In this document: positions 1-16,503 of the stretch, one piece after another
Numbering within the stretch: the stretch's first letter is position 1
How the letters are laid out: each line of letters begins with the position of its first letter
NCBI GenBank assembly: GCA_964016885.1
Contig: OZ024757.1
Span: forward strand, 11,470,001-11,534,000
Length of the DNA: 64,000 nucleotides
From: Eledone cirrhosa
Lineage: Eukaryota
Direction: 5' to 3'
Notes under the pieces: model-generated
Seen by the model: only the letters and a program-made list of their open reading frames with translations
What the model was told of the DNA's origin: nothing
Database searches by the model: none
Position numbers and translations under genes: made by a program

Positions 1-417
1 TGTAAAGTTTGAAATGTATCGGTTGGGTACTTCTCGAGTTTTAGGGATTCAAACTCACAGACACACACACACACGCACACAAAGACAGACATCGTCAGGG
101 AAGTGAAGTAATGCAGACAGCCAGACATAGAGACAGATAGTATAAGGGCGCGACGTTATATGTATGTATCTATCTAAAAAGAGAAAGACTAAGAATTATA
201 GAGAGAGATCGCTAAATCGCCTAATGCGGTCCCTAGGGCATTGAACATTTGAAATTTGTTTTGCTCAGAACACTCCCTGAAACATAAGTATTACATGTGT
301 AAAGTTTGAAAACAGTCGGTTTGGTTCTTCTGAAGATTTAGGGATTCAAACACACACACACAGACAGACATCCTCAGTTTTATATATATACTAGCAGTGG
401 TACCCGGCGTTGCACGG
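1..417 (-). mobile_element. Non-autonomous Helitron-like remnants (tandem)
   Basis: 391-417 reverse-complements to CCGTGCAACGCCGGG-TACCACTG-CTAG (GC hairpin then CTAG, the Helitron 3' signature). The block 'tgtaaagtttgaaa...tagggattcaaa...cagacatc' occurs twice (1-93, 298-372). Confidence 0.5.
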
Positions 418-429
418 TGGAAGTTCCTC

Positions 430-3247
430 AAAGAAACTTTTCTGAAGGTATCAAACTAGATCTGTGGCTGAAGCAGGGCTTCAGAGAGAAGGAGAGTCAC
501 ACTAGGGTAGATGAGAAAGTTAAGGCCAAGAGACAGGCATGGAATAATGGCAGAACGGAGGACTCTGGAGGGAACACTACCAGGAAGCTAGGAAAGAAGT
601 ATTATTTGCAAGGAGGGAAGTAGAGAATATATAATTTCAGCTGGTTTTATGATGTGAGGACGAAATACATGAGATATTCAGGATTGTGAGGGAAAATTGT
701 GATGTTGGGGTAAAGTGTGTCCAGGATGATAATGGGGCACTTGCCCTCACTGATGCTGAATAGGGTCAGCTGAAAAGTTCATAGCCAGACCAAGATACTC
801 TCATGGAATGACCAAATAAGGGTTTATTTTTCAATATAGTCCCTGGAAGGAAACAATGCAGTTATAAATAAGAAGAGTTGAAATTAATGCCGGCAAGATT
901 TCACAGCTCTAGCATCATGCTATCATTGATAGTCTATTAACTTTTCAGCCAACCTTTGTAACATGGAAATGCCTCCATGAAAGATTACTGAATGAGGAGA
1001 ATGCATGGGAGTAAGATAGTATACGGAAAGTGGGCCCAACAGAGGGTCCAGCCATACAAGTAAGCAGTAGCGTAGTAAGGTAATTAAGGATTTGAAGACA
1101 GAAAAAGTATCTTGTCCATTGGTGATAGTTGCTGAGATACTGAAAGTATCTGGGGTGGTGGGTCACATCTTAACCACTGGTATCGTAATCAAGTAATACA
1201 AAATGGTGTCATACCAAATAAATGGTGTAGTATCATCATCATCAACTGCTACAAGGGCAAAGGAGATGTACTAGAGCTAGAAAACTATAGAGACATTAGA
1301 TGGACCACTTCATGAAGATGTTAGAGTTATAACACAGCTGATTAGGGACCAAGTTAACCTAGATGAGATGAAGGATTTGTGCCAGGTAAAAGTACCACTG
1401 ATGTCCTCTTCCTTGTGTCGCAACTGCAAGAGCAGTACCTAGCGAAAATAAGCCCCTCTACATGGCATTTGTTGACCCAGAGAGAGCTTCTGTGAGACTA
1501 CCCCGTTCCATAATCTGGTGTGTAACTTAGAAAACTAGGGGTGTATGAGTGGCTTGTGAGAGCAGTAAAAGCCATGTATGGAGGAGCAGTCAGTAAGGTT
1601 AAAAGTAATGATGGCTATAGTGAGGAGTTGAGTGAGCAAGTCTATCAGGGCTCTGTTATTAACCCTCTTCTGTTTATTATCATCCTGCAGGCTATTGCAT
1701 AAGAGTTTAAGATTGGCTGTCCATGGGGACTCCTGTATGCACATGATTTAACCCTTGTAGCTTAATCTATGGTAAAATTAGAGGAGAAATTCCAAACCTG
1801 GACGCATGGCCTAGAATGAAAATGTTTTAAAGTTAACTTGGCGAAATAGAAAGGAAAACAGGGTCTATATCCCCTGCTGAAAATGGCCTAGCTCAGTCTA
1901 AAGGAAAGGAGTAGGTAGAAATTCCAAACTATGGATAAACGAGAGATGTAGTTGGATCTCAGTGAGATTAGCAAAAGAATGTAAGTTTTGTATGTGCTTG
2001 ATGCACAAGACCAATAACTAGCAACATCTCACAAAAAAATAAGCTACTTTAACCCTTTAGCATTTCCATTACTCTATATATACTATTGTATTTTTGTGGT
2101 AAAGGCTTTATCTTACATAATTATCTCATATAATATCGAATAAACGAGATTTTGATATTATTTATATTGAGAACAATACCTTAACGTCAGTATGAGTGGC
2201 CAGTTATGGCCAGTTTGAACTAAAGATGTGAGAGTATTCTGGCTAGGTATGGCTGGTTTAAATGCTAAAGGGTTAAATGTCCAGAAGGCTCTGTAGAAAC
2301 CGGTTCATAATTTCTGTTAACTAGATGACCAAATTAACAGTGGAGGTGGGTGTTCTGAAGGTACAGTAGCCTGAGTAAGAATGGGATGGAAAAAGTTTAG
2401 GGAGCTACTACTACTGCTGCCTACAAAATGATTTCGCCTGAAAGTGAAAGGCAGCGTATATGAAATCTGTGTACGAACAGCAATGTTACATTGAAGTGAG
2501 ACCAGGGCAATATATTCAGAGGACCTATAAAGACTGGAAAGAAATGAAGTTTACAGGATCTGATAGATGTGTAATAGTGTTTATGAACAACAAGCATTAA
2601 TAAACTGAGAGAGAAACTAGGTATAAGAGAGGTCAGATACAGTGTAGAGGGGAGGAGATGGTGGTGGTTTGGACATGTGATGTATATGGAAGGTGACAGC
2701 TGTATAAAAAGGTACAGGGTTGTCAAAGTCGATGTTAACTATGAAAGAGGAAGACCTTGGAAAGCTTGGGATGAAATAATAAAAGCTCACCTTGCCCAAT
2801 TAAACCTCTTAATGGAAATGTCACAGGATCGAGACCTCTGGCGTCATGCTGTACTGTAGAAGCCCCCCCACCCATTCCCATGTGCTGAAAATGAAATAAA
2901 ACAATCATGTAGAGAACACACTAGTCTTTACCAATCTTCTCTTCACCCCTCCCCATTCATAAGACCCGCCCTCACCTGCTAAATATCCCACACACCTCGT
3001 TGATGCTACAACAATAAAAACACCCAGTTCATCCTGTAAGGTGGTCATACAAAAGTGTGCAGTCCACATTGTAACGTGTTTCGTGTTAAGAAGGGCATCC
3101 AGCCCTAGAAACCAAACCAAAATACACATCCATATGAGACCTGGTCTGCACACCTGACATGTCTCATAACGTGACAACCTATTTAACCCATGCAGGTGTG
3201 ATAAAAATTAACGTTAAATGATAATGTTGAAGATGATGATGATGATA
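430..3247 (+). mobile_element. Old, heavily degenerate RTE-clade LINE (RT region plus 3' UTR)
   Basis: Aligns by eye with the RTE copies at 4.3 and 40 kb (atcatcatcaactgctacaagggcaaaggagatg; ggctgtccatggggactcctgtatgc; ggatggaaaaagtttagggagct). Many stops and frameshifts; ends acgttaaatgat...(gat)n. Confidence 0.85.
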
Positions 3248-3438
3248 TATATAAACAAACGTAGTAAACTACCAGGGGAGACAACTCCAACTTTGGTCAA
3301 TTTAAATCCCATGTTAGTATGATTGAGCAGACCTATAATTAAAGTTGTTCCAGCCGTGACTATCATGTTTATATCTATATCTATATATATGTGTGTGTAA
3401 ATGAAAAGTATAGAAATTATTGTAGCAAGAAGCTAACA

Positions 3439-3509
<71 letters not shown>

Positions 3510-4226
3510 CGTGTGTGTGTGTGACTAAACTGCAGAATATGGTCTTTGTTATTGTAAGACAGAAGGGAGTGATATTTGGCTGCTATTTCTACCAGGACAA
3601 GTAACCAGGTAGGAGACTCCCTCGTTGTTGATACGTAATAAATATTTTACTGAGTGATGCTGCTTGTTTACCAGGGGTTTGATACAATTGATGGAGTGAA
3701 TTGATATAACTGAAGGTCTTTCTGAAGGTATTAAATTATGTCAGGGACTTTTAACGTATTACACCGGTTTTATTTATGATCAGGGAAACATTGACAACGA
3801 CACCACGTACCTGCTATCTTAATTATAATTTTAATTAATCTAATTATATCTTGTGTATCAACTATCTCATGTTAAGGTGAAAGACTATATTCTGTAGATA
3901 ACATAGAGTGAGCTACATGTTCCAGGGTAGGTGTTCCATCTCCTACATGATTAAATATTTCATTTCATGAGAAACTACGCTACATCGTGAATTGGTTGTT
4001 CCACATTTTATAGGACAGTGAGAAATAGGTTTAAATCACCAACATCTGAACAGTTAGCTTTCCTGGTCTTTCTCGACTTTACACTTGGACTTGAAATGTA
4101 AAGTACGTATTATTTGTATTGTTAACATAGCAGATATTGTGAGTTTTCTACACTCCGTAATAAACAATCCGGGTTTGTTAGGACTGCTCGGATATACATC
4201 GATACGCACCCGATTATATATATATA

Positions 4227-4292
<66 letters not shown>

Positions 4293-4296
<4 letters not shown>

Positions 4297-6835
4297 GTAC
4301 ATAAAATTAGAGTCGTACAATATAGAGGAACAGTGGGAATTGCTGAAAGCTAACCTGCTGAAGGTGACAGATGAAACCTGTGGCTGGAGCAGGCCTATAG
4401 GTAGGAGGGGAGTAACTTGGTGCTGGAACAGTAAGGTGGAGAGGTCAATCAAGGCCAAAAAGCAGGCTTGGAAAGCAGGGCGGGATGGGGGAAGTAGAGA
4501 AGACTATCAAGTGGCCAGGAGAGAAGCTAGGAGACAGGTGTACTTCGCAAGAAGGGAAGCAGAGGAAAGAAAGTTCAAGCATGTTCTACAACGCCAGGAG
4601 CAAAAAACGTGAGGTGTTCAGGATTGCTAGGCAATGTGTCAAGGAAAAGAGTGATATTGTCGGGGAGAACTATGTCCTAAATCATGATGGTGTACTTGCC
4701 ATCACTGACGCTGATAAGAAGGTAGCTTGGAAGTGTCACTACGAAGGGCTACTAAATGAGGATAATAATTTGGAGAAAGACAGTCTCCCCCACATCGACC
4801 CAATAGAGGGACCAGCAGTGCAAGTTGAAGGTAGTATAATAAGTATGCGATCAAAGACATGAAGACGGCCCTTCGGAAATAGTTGCCAAAATGCTGAAAG
4901 CATCTGGAACGGTGGGACACACTATGGTCACCCGGATAGTAAACCAAGTCATACAGAATGGGGTTCTTCCGAAAGACTGGCGTAGCAGCATCATCATTAA
5001 ATGCTACAAGGGTAAAGGTGATGCCCTAGATAAGGGAAACTCTAGAGGCATTAAATTAATAGACCAGGTCATGAAGGTCACAGAAAAAGTAATAGCGCAA
5101 CTAATCAGAGAGCGAATTGATCTAGACGAAATGCAGTTCGTATTTGTGTCAGGTAAAAGTACAACAGACGCTCTTTTCATTGTACGACAACTACAGGAGA
5201 AGTACCTAGCTAAAAGTAAACCCCTATACTTAGCTTTTGTTGATTTGTAGAAAGCCTTTGACAGAGTCCCCCGCTCGATTATCTGGTGGCCCCTTAGAAA
5301 ACTAGGTGTTGATGAATGGCTTGTGAGAGCTATACAAGCCATGTATAAAGAAACAGTCAGCAAGGTTAGAATTAACAACGAATATAGTGAAGAGTTTAGC
5401 GTAAAAGTTGGTGTTCATCAGGGCTCCGTCCTTAGCGCCCTACTATTTATTATTGCCCTTCAGGCTATAACAGAGGGGTTCAAGACCGGCTGCCCATGGG
5501 AACTCCTATATGCAGATGATATAACGCTCATAGCTGAATCAATGGATGAACTAGAGAAGAAATTCCAAACATGGAAGCATGGTCAAGAATCAAAAGGCCT
5601 TAAAGTTAACTTGTCTAAGACTAAAGTTCTAGTTTGTAGGAAGGAAAATAGGGGACCGGTCCCATCTGGGAAATGGCCATGCTCAGTGTGTAGGAAAGGA
5701 GTAGGTAGAAACTCCATTTTATGTCCCAAATGCAAAGTATGGGTACATAAAAGATGTAGTGGGATCACAGGTAAGCTAACTAAGAATATAGATTTTATAT
5801 GTGGCCGGTGCTTTGGTGCAATAAGTAGCAGCAAGTGCCCACAGAATACTAACTCATTCCATTGCACAGATGGTTGTATAGAAATAGTGGACAGCTTCCG
5901 TTACCTGGGTGATAAAATCAGCAGTGGGGGAGAGTGCTCTGAAAGTACAGTAGCTAGAGTCAGAACGGGATGGAAAAAGTTCAGAGAGCTTATACCACTA
6001 TTGACCGCCAAAGAGTTCTCTCTAAAAATGAAAGGCAGGCTATATGATGCCTGCATACGAACAGCAATGTTACATGGCAGTGATACCTGGGCATTGTGTG
6101 CAGAGGATATACGCAGACTGGAGAGAAACGAAGCTTGCATGCTCCGCTGGATGTGTAACAGTAATATACGTGAACGGCAAAGCATAAACGAACTAAGGGA
6201 GAAATTAGAAATAAGAGGGATCAGATGTTGTTTACTCGAGGGAACACTACGTTGGTATGGTCACGAGATGCGCATGAAAGACGACAGCTGTATAAAATAG
6301 TGCAGGGCAATAAAAATAGACGGGAGCCACGGAGTAGGCAGACCCAGAAAAACCTGGGACGACTTGATAAATTCCGACCTCACACACTTACACCTCTCCA
6401 AGACAATGCCACTGGACCGAGATCTTTGGCGCTACACAGTAATAGAGAAGACCCGCCTTACCTAAGTGCAAAGTGAAACCTACTACAATCAGTAGGCACT
6501 TCTAACAAAATACACCCCCGTCCCACTACCCCCACCCCATCCACACAACCCCTTTCAATGTAAAGTTATGTTGGTACCACAACATCCAGCCCAAAACAAA
6601 TGAGGTAGTGTAGGTGTCACGACAAAAAAACACACAGTCCACGCTGTAATGTGGCTGTGTAGGTAACACGGTAAAAACCTCCCAGTTCCACACTGTAAAC
6701 GTGGTTGGTGTTAGGAAGGGCATCCAGCCGTAGAAAACCCGCCAGACAGTCCTATGCGAGCAAGACAACCACTCTTGCCTCAAGTGGGAAAACTCCCGTC
6801 CAAACCCATGCAAGCGTGGAATATGGACGTTAAAC

Positions 6836-6904
<69 letters not shown>

Positions 6905-6905
6905 A
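4293..6905 (+). mobile_element. RTE-clade LINE family A, 5'-truncated, with (TGA)n tail
   Basis: ORF pieces 4891-5250 and 5323-6300 carry RT motifs ([31 protein letters not shown]). The 3' UTR ends tggacgttaaac(gat)n, and the 5' end abuts (TA)n. Confidence 0.93.
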
Positions 6906-6982
6906 GAGGGCCATTTCTTACCCCAAATTACTCGTACATTGTCATATCTCTTCTCGAGTTTTGAGAATTTTTCAAGAATTAC

Positions 6983-8900
<1,918 letters not shown>

Positions 8901-9100
8901 CCTAAGATACCCTTCCTTTTACCAGTCTAAACTTATTGTCCACCAACATCAAAAATGTAACCATAACAGTTCTACAGACTCCATTTCTTAAATATGTTTT
9001 TAACTGGAATCAAAATTCTTTGCATGTCTAATTGTTGTCTTCCTAAATTCATTTTTAATGATAGAAATTTAAAAAAAAATTTTTCGGTAATACCTAAAAT

Positions 9101-10066
9101 TCCCTGTTGTATTTCATTAGTGAGAGATTCTCTATCACCTGAGGTAATGCTGTGTCTCAGAAATACTAGAGGTCAACACCAACATTCACTGTTGTATTGC
9201 ATTAGTGAGAGACTCTCTATCACCTGAGGTAATGCTGTGTCTCAGAAATACTAGAGGTCAACACCAACATTCACTGTTGTATTGCATTAGTGAGAGACTC
9301 TCTATCACCTGAGGTAATGCTGTGTCTCAGAAATACTAGAGGTCTACACCAACATTCCCTGTTGTATTGCATTAGTGAGAGACTCTCTATCACCTGAGGT
9401 AATGCTGTGTCTCAGAAATACTAGAGGTCTACACCAACATTCACTGTTGTATTGCATTAGTGAGAGACTCTCTATCACCTGAGGTAATGCTGTGTCTCAG
9501 AAATACTAGAGGTCTACACCAACATTCCCTGTTGTATTGCATTAGTGAGAGACTCTCTATCACCTGAGGTAATGCTGTGTCTCAGAAATACTAGAGGTCA
9601 ACACCAACATTCCCTGTTATATTGCATTAGTGGGAGACTCTCGATCACCTGAGGTAATGCTGTGTCTCAGAAATACTAGAGGTCAGCACCAACATTCCCT
9701 GTTGTATTGCATTAGTGAGAGACTCTCTATCATCTGAGGTAATGCTGTGTCTCAGAAATACTAGAGTTCAACACCAGCATTCCCTGTTATATTGCATTAG
9801 TGGGAGACTCTCGATCACCTGAGGTAATGCTGTGTCTCAGAAATACTAGAGGTCAGCACCAACATTCCCTGTTGTATTGCATTAGTGGGAGACTCTCTAT
9901 CATCTGAGGTAATGCTGTGTCTCAGAAATACTAGAGGTCAACACCAACATTCCCTGTTGTATTGCATTAGTGGGAGACTCTCGATCACCTGAGGTAATGC
10001 TGTGTCTCAGAAATACTAGAGGTCAGCACCAACATTCCCTGTTGTATTGCATTAGTGAGAGACTCT
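9101..10066. repeat. 85-bp tandem satellite, ~11.4 copies
   Basis: Unit tcmctgttgtattgcattagtgagagactctctatcacctgaggtaatgctgtgtctcagaaatactagaggtcaacaccaacat starts at 9101, 9186, 9271 ... 10036, with only a few substitutions per unit. Confidence 0.95.
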
Positions 10067-10400
10067 AATAGGAGCGGTGAAAAACAATTACGCGCAAAAA
10101 CAAAACCACGTTTATGGTATAAAATAGGTCGTAGACTAATGTTCTCTTAGGTGGTGCATAGAGACGTTCTCTGGCAATGAACGAAAAAACGAAGATAATA
10201 AGTCATAAGTGGAGCGTGGAGAACAATAGCACGCAAAGACAAAACCACGTAAATGGTATAGCAGAAATCGTAGACTAAAATTTTATACCATAAACGTGAT
10301 TTTGTCTTTGCGCGTAATTGTTTTTCACCGCTCCTATTAATGACGTGTTATTCGTTTTTTCCCGTTCTTTGCCAGCGAACGTTACCACGAACCAAAGTAT
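10066..10400. mobile_element. Fold-back / MITE-like DNA-transposon remnant
   Basis: 10066-10124 (taataggagcggtgaaaaacaattacgcgc...ggtataaaa) is inverted at 10281-10339. A diverged direct copy lies at ~10210-10279. Confidence 0.5.
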
Positions 10401-10627
10401 CGTCTTCCTGTCTTCCTCCGGTTGCAACGTTTTTTGAAATATCCAGTTCTGCGTTTACAGATTGACTTTGTTAGTTTCAGAAGATCCCGTTAAGGGTGAA
10501 AGCAGCGATTCTTTGCTTAAACTTTAATGTTATTTTAATAAATATTTGCTCTACGCTTCTTATATATTTGATATATATTTTCCTTATCGAGCCCTCTTTG
10601 GATTTTAGTCTTCAATTTTATTATTAT

Positions 10628-10675
<48 letters not shown>

Positions 10676-11519
10676 CGTATATAGTGTATGTGCTATATAT
10701 ACACAATATATACACTATATATATATAAATAATATGTATATAGTGTATGTGCTATATCTACACAATATATACACTATATATATACATATAAATACTATGT
10801 ATATAGTGAACGTGCTACATATACACAATATATACACTATATATAAAAACTGCATATATAGAGTATATGCTACATATAGACAATATATAAACTATATATA
10901 TACTACATACACATTATATATAATGTTGTCCAAGGGAATAGCTGAAACAGCTTGGCACCAATGACATCATAGATCATCATTTAATGTCTACTTTCCCTGC
11001 TAGAAAGGGTGGGACAGGTCTTTACAAAGCAGGGGGCAGTAGGAGACCACATCTCGCTTACATATGGTCCCACATTCTACTGAATGTATTTTATTGTGGC
11101 ACCAGTACTAAAGAGGTTGTCATGTCTTTGACAGAACTGAAGGGTCCTACCAAACATTTGTTTGGTAAGAGAAGAAATTTGTAAAGTATTTTCAAATGTG
11201 AATTATTTCTAAAAAAAAGTCATAATTTCAACTCTCATGAAAGTACCATCAACAAATATTAAAGTTATAAAATTGTTTTTATTTACACATAAATGTGGAC
11301 ATTTTGTCATAAATATAAATATAAACCAGTTAGTGTTTGTAAAATAACACATATAAACACATCAATCCTGTTTTGCTTTTCTTGCACTGATGGAGTCATG
11401 GGGTGTGACTGTGGACATTTGAAGCTTCATGGAGCCCTTCACTCACCAGTTTAGAACAGATGATTTCTTCCAAAGAAGGAGAGAGAGGAAGTGATAAAGA
11501 AATATAGAGAGGAAGAACA

Positions 11520-11770
11520 GACCCCAGTGGTAGACTGGTACTTTTTTCTTATCAACCTTGAATGGATGAAAGGCAAAGTTGACCTCAGCAGGATTTAAAC
11601 CCAGAGAGCAGAGAACCAGAACAAATATGGCAGAAAGCATTTCATTCATTGTTTTATAGACTTTAAATAACTGTTTCTACTTTTAACTCAACCCCAGCAA
11701 TTGGAAGATAAAGAGGAATGCCAATTAAATCGACCCCAGTGCATTACTGGTACTTTATTTAAACCCAGAA
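11520..11770 (-). mobile_element. tRNA-derived SINE fragments (two partial copies)
   Basis: gactggtactt...ggatgaaaggcaaagttgacctcagcaggatttaaacccag; same family as 17130-17320 and 48962-49140. Confidence 0.65.
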
Positions 11771-12204
11771 CATAAAGGGCTGTAACTATATGACACAAAG
11801 TATGTTGTATGACACTCTACAGATTCTGCCAATCCAACACCCTCACCAACAAAATAAGATTGTGTCTTTATAAGAAACCTTAATGACAAATATGAAGTAG
11901 AACTTTCTACAGGGTGTATTTGTGGATTACAATACAAAACCTAAGAATAATTTCCAACATATTTCACCATAATAAATGTTCATTAATATATATTGTTATT
12001 TCGTGGCATTCTTGAGATCATTAATCCCTACCTGAACATCCCTAGACATCTGATCTATGTAGGTCATTTTCAGTCATCCCACTAGGGTCTTACTATGTTT
12101 GGGTATCCACCACAGGAGCCAGCTCATCAGGTCATCCATTGTTCGGTAGGAATGTCTGGTATGTCTTGTCCTCCGCTCCCTAATTATTGTGGTAATCTTC
12201 GATA

Positions 12205-12800
12205 TATGGCAGTATATCTACGTTTCAATGCCTGCATGTGTTGGACGGGTCCTTCTTAGCACGACATCTCTTCACTAGATGCATTCCTTCGTCATCTCCT
12301 CTTCCAGTCTTCACGATTTGAGTTAAGCTCTCACAACATTTGCTTTCTTGGTCATCCTCTACTGCGGCTTCCTTCCACTAGGATTTCCTCAGCTATTCCA
12401 AGCTCTGTATTTCTCTCACATATACGTTGCAGATCCAACAAAACATGGTTGCCTCATTTTTCTCCAGTCTAATCGCATCATCTGCAGTCACAGCCCATGT
12501 TTCTCTACCATGCAGTATTGTGCACTTCACACAGGCTTTATATACCCTTCCTTTTGTGTGTAGGGAGAAACCTTATGTTATCAGCAGTAGTAGTTCACTA
12601 AATTTCCATCCTATCCTTATTCAAGCCACTCTACTCTTGGCATACCCTCCTCTGCTGCTGATGAGGTCACCTAGATAGCAGAAGCTATCAACCACATCTA
12701 TAGATCCTTCCTGTGACTGGAAACGGTTTATAACAGTAGCACTCTTCCTCTCAAGTTCTGCTGTACCTCGTCTACATGCAAAGTTCTCCCTTCCTGTTAG
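12205..12800 (-). mobile_element. Degenerate RTE LINE 3' fragment
   Basis: Minus-strand IDVVDSFCYLGDLISSRGG...SRV matches the RTE RT C-terminus; 3' UTR-like sequence lies near 12220. Confidence 0.75.
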
Positions 12801-13214
12801 ACTACTCATTACATCTTTTGCGTACTATATATGCTGTATATATACATATGTGTATATATATATATATATGCATATGTGTAGCGAAATATATCTACACGTT
12901 GATCCCTGGGTCAGATTTAACGGTCATTTTCTGGGTTATCTCCCCTTGGGCATCAACAGGCCTGAGATTGGGCGACCTCAAAAGGTCAGCCCTTTGTTCT
13001 CAAGCCTTGGAGACAGAGGACGTGATATAGATAAATAGCCTGCCTTAGCTCAGGCCAAGCAGTTTAAAGCATTTCTTGATAGAGTAAACATGTAAACTAT
13101 TGCTTTCCATAGACCCCTTTACTCTCTCTCTTTCACCCAATCTCTCTCTCTCAACCCAACCAGTGAAGTTCATGAAGTTTTCTTGATAAATATATATATA
13201 TATATATATGTAAA

Positions 13215-13618
13215 GACCTTTCTTCCCTACGTACAAAGCTAACCTACACTCAGTAGGCACCTCTTAACCAAATATACACTCCATTCTCCCACTCCCACCA
13301 ACACCACCCTTTCTCTGTAAAGCTATGTTGGTACCAGAACATCCTATCCAAACTAAAGTGGTCATGCAGGTGTCATGACAAAAAAACACCCAGTCCACAC
13401 TGTAAAGTGGTCATGTAGGATACAAGGTAAAAAGGTTCCCAGTCTATACTGTAAATATGGTTGGTGTCAGGAAGGGCATCCAGCCATAGAAATCCTACCA
13501 GATACAGTCCTATACAAGCGAGACAAGGTCACCCAATCAATCTTGCCACAAGTGGGACAATTCCCGTCTAACCCTTCCTAGCGTGGAAGATAGACGTTAA
13601 ACGATGATGATGATGATA
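13215..13618 (+). mobile_element. RTE family A 3' UTR fragment
   Basis: cagtaggcacctc...ggttggtgtcaggaagggcatccagcc...gacgttaaac(gat)n, as at 6490-6900. Confidence 0.85.
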
Positions 13619-14379
13619 TGTATATATATATATATATAGATATGCATGTGTATTCACACACACACATATTTATAAATGTGTATACAAACGCACATATATA
13701 TAGGGAAGTCATACATCCTATTATGTGTTCTATTCTCAGCTAGGGAGGTACATTGTGTCCTTAAGCAAGACACATCATTCCACATGTCTCTAATCTCCAC
13801 AGCTGAAAAAGACAAGTAGCACAATTAGTTGGAGGTTTAGCATGGGTTGGATCATTCTCTGCCTCCAACATTTTCCCGGCCACAAACCCAGACTTTACTA
13901 CCTGCAATAGAGAGAAGAGGAAGATAATTAAATACCGGGGATGGACTCACCACTTCCTCTTTGTCCCCACACTGCTGATTTCCTTCTCAAAATTAGAAAG
14001 ACAGCAGCCCACTTGAGGAATGAGTCCCATGAGGTGGAGTGGATGTTGTAGTGGGTGTCTCTGGCTATTCTCTGTGGTAACACCTTTGCTATTTTGTAGG
14101 GTGGGACACAGCTCAGACTGGAATTTAACCTCCGTCCCTCCCCCATTATTTTCGTTGCTTGATTCGTTTTATTTTTCCATTGCTTAAATATTTTATTACC
14201 TTTAATAATGTGTTTTGTTTTAATATGAACAGTTATGTAAAATAAATAATGTTATTTATACAAATCGGAATAAAGATGACCAATCTTGCCTCAAGTGGGA
14301 CAATTCCTGTCTAAACCCATGCTAGCCTGGAAGATAGATATTAAACGATGATGATGATGATATATATATAATATATATT

Positions 14380-16503
14380 CAAGAGAGTAGGTGGAGGGGT
14401 GTGTGGGTATAAACAATCCTATAAACCTTTCTGGGTGGGAAATGACAAAGGGCTGGGTGGAGTAGGAATTATGTTAGCAGAGAAATGGGTAGATAAGGTA
14501 ATTACCGTAAATAGAGTGAACGACAGAATAATTAAAATAAGACTAATTCTAAATAGAACAACTATGACAATAATATCCACTTATGTACCCCAATGAGCCG
14601 GGCCTTCAGAGATAGTTGTTGAGATGTTGAAAGCATCTGGAATGGTGGAACATACTATGGGCACCAAGATAGTAAACCAAATAATACAGAATGGGTCATA
14701 CCAGATGACTGGCGTAGCAGCATCATCATTAACTGCTACAAGGGTAAAGGAGATGCCCTAGATAGGGGAAACTATAGAGGCATTAAGGTAGTTGACCAGG
14801 TCATGAAGGTCACAGAAAGAGTTATTGCACAACTAATCAGAAAGAGAATTGATCTAGATGAAATGCAGTTTAGGTTCGTGCCAGGTAAAAGTACCACAGA
14901 TGCATTTTTCCTTGTACAGCAACTACAGGAGAAGTAGCTAGCTAAAAGTAAACCCCTTATACTTAGCTTTTGTTGACTTGTAGAAAACCTTTGACAGTCA
15001 CACCCGCTCCATTATCTGGTGGGCCCTTAGAAATGTAGGAGTAGATGAATGGCTTGTGAGAGCTATACAAGCCATGTATAAAGAAACAGTCAGCAAGGTT
15101 AGAATTAACAATGAATATAGTGAAGAATTTAGTGTAAAAGTAGGTGTTCAGCAAGGCCCCATCCTTAGATTCCTCCTGTTTATTATTGCTCTTCAGGCTA
15201 TAATAGAGGGCTTTAAGATCAGCTGCCCATGGGAATTTCTATATGCAGATGCTCTAACTCTTCTAGCCGAATCTATGGCTGAACTAGAGAAGAAATTCCC
15301 AAAATGGAGGCATGGCCTTGAATCAAAAGGCCTTAAAGTTAACTTGTCTAAGACTAAAGGTCTAGTATGTAGAAAAGAAAATAGGGCACTGGTGCCATGC
15401 TCTGTGTGTAGGAAAGGAGTAGGTAAAAATTCCATTCTATGTCCCAAATGCAAACTATTGGTACATAAAAGATGTGGGATCACAGGTAAACTATCTCAGA
15501 ACGTAGATTTTATGTGGCCGATGCTCATGTGAAATAAGCAGCAAGTACCCACAGGATACTAGAATCTTCTACTGCCCAGATGGTTCTATAGAAATAGTGG
15601 ACACTTTCCGTTCCCTGGGTGACAAAATCAGCAGTGGTGGAGGGTGCTCTGAAAGTGTAGTAGCCAGAGTTAGAACGGGATGGAAAAAGCTCAGAGAGCT
15701 AATACCGCTGCTAGACACAAAAAGTTTCTCTCTAAAAATGAAAGGCAGATTGTATGATGCCTGCATATGAACAGCAATGCTACATGGCAGTGAGACATGG
15801 GCATTGTGTGCAGAGGACCTGCTCAGATTGGAAAGGAACGAAGCATGCATGCTCCGTTGGACGTGTAATTGTAATATACATGAACGGTAAAACATAAAGG
15901 AACTAAGTGAGAATTAGGAATAAGAGGGATCAGATGCTGTTTACTTGAGCGAAGATTACGTTGGTATGGTCATGTGATGCGCATGAAAGATGACAGCTTT
16001 ATAAAAAGTGCAGGGTGATAAAAATTGATGGAAGTTATGGAGTAGGTAGACCCAGAAAAACCTGGGACGACATAAAATCCAACCTTGCACACTTACACCT
16101 CTCTTAGACAATGTCACTGGATCGAGATTTATGGTGCCACACAGTAACAGAGAAGACCTGCCTTCCCTATGTGCAAAGTTAACCTACAGTCAGTAGGCCC
16201 CTACTAACCAAATATACACCCCCAACCCACCACCCCTACTCCATGCTCCCACTCCCACCAACACCACCCTGTCTCTGTAAAGTTATGTTGGTACCACAAC
16301 ATCCAGTCCAAACTAAAGAGGTCGTGTAGGTGTCATCACGAAAAGGCTCCCAGTCCACTCTGGAAATGTGGTTGGTGTTAGGAAGGGCATCCAGCTGTAG
16401 AAAACCTGCCAGATACAGTCCTATACGAGCGAGACACGGTCACCCGATCATTTCCCGTCTAACCCATGCTAGCGTGGAAGATGGACGTTAAACGATGATG
16501 ATG
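14380..16503 (+). mobile_element. RTE family A copy with large internal deletion
   Basis: APE endonuclease start (FWVGNDKGLGGVGIMLAEKWVDK...STYVPQ, 14399-14593) is joined directly to the RT region (GPSEIV...). RT motifs, 3' UTR and (gat)n tail follow. Confidence 0.9.

Noticed and set aside
9101-10066. CRISPR array or hammerhead array
   Set aside because: There are no unique spacers and the context is eukaryotic. The core reads CTGAGGT rather than CTGANGA, with no valid stem I.
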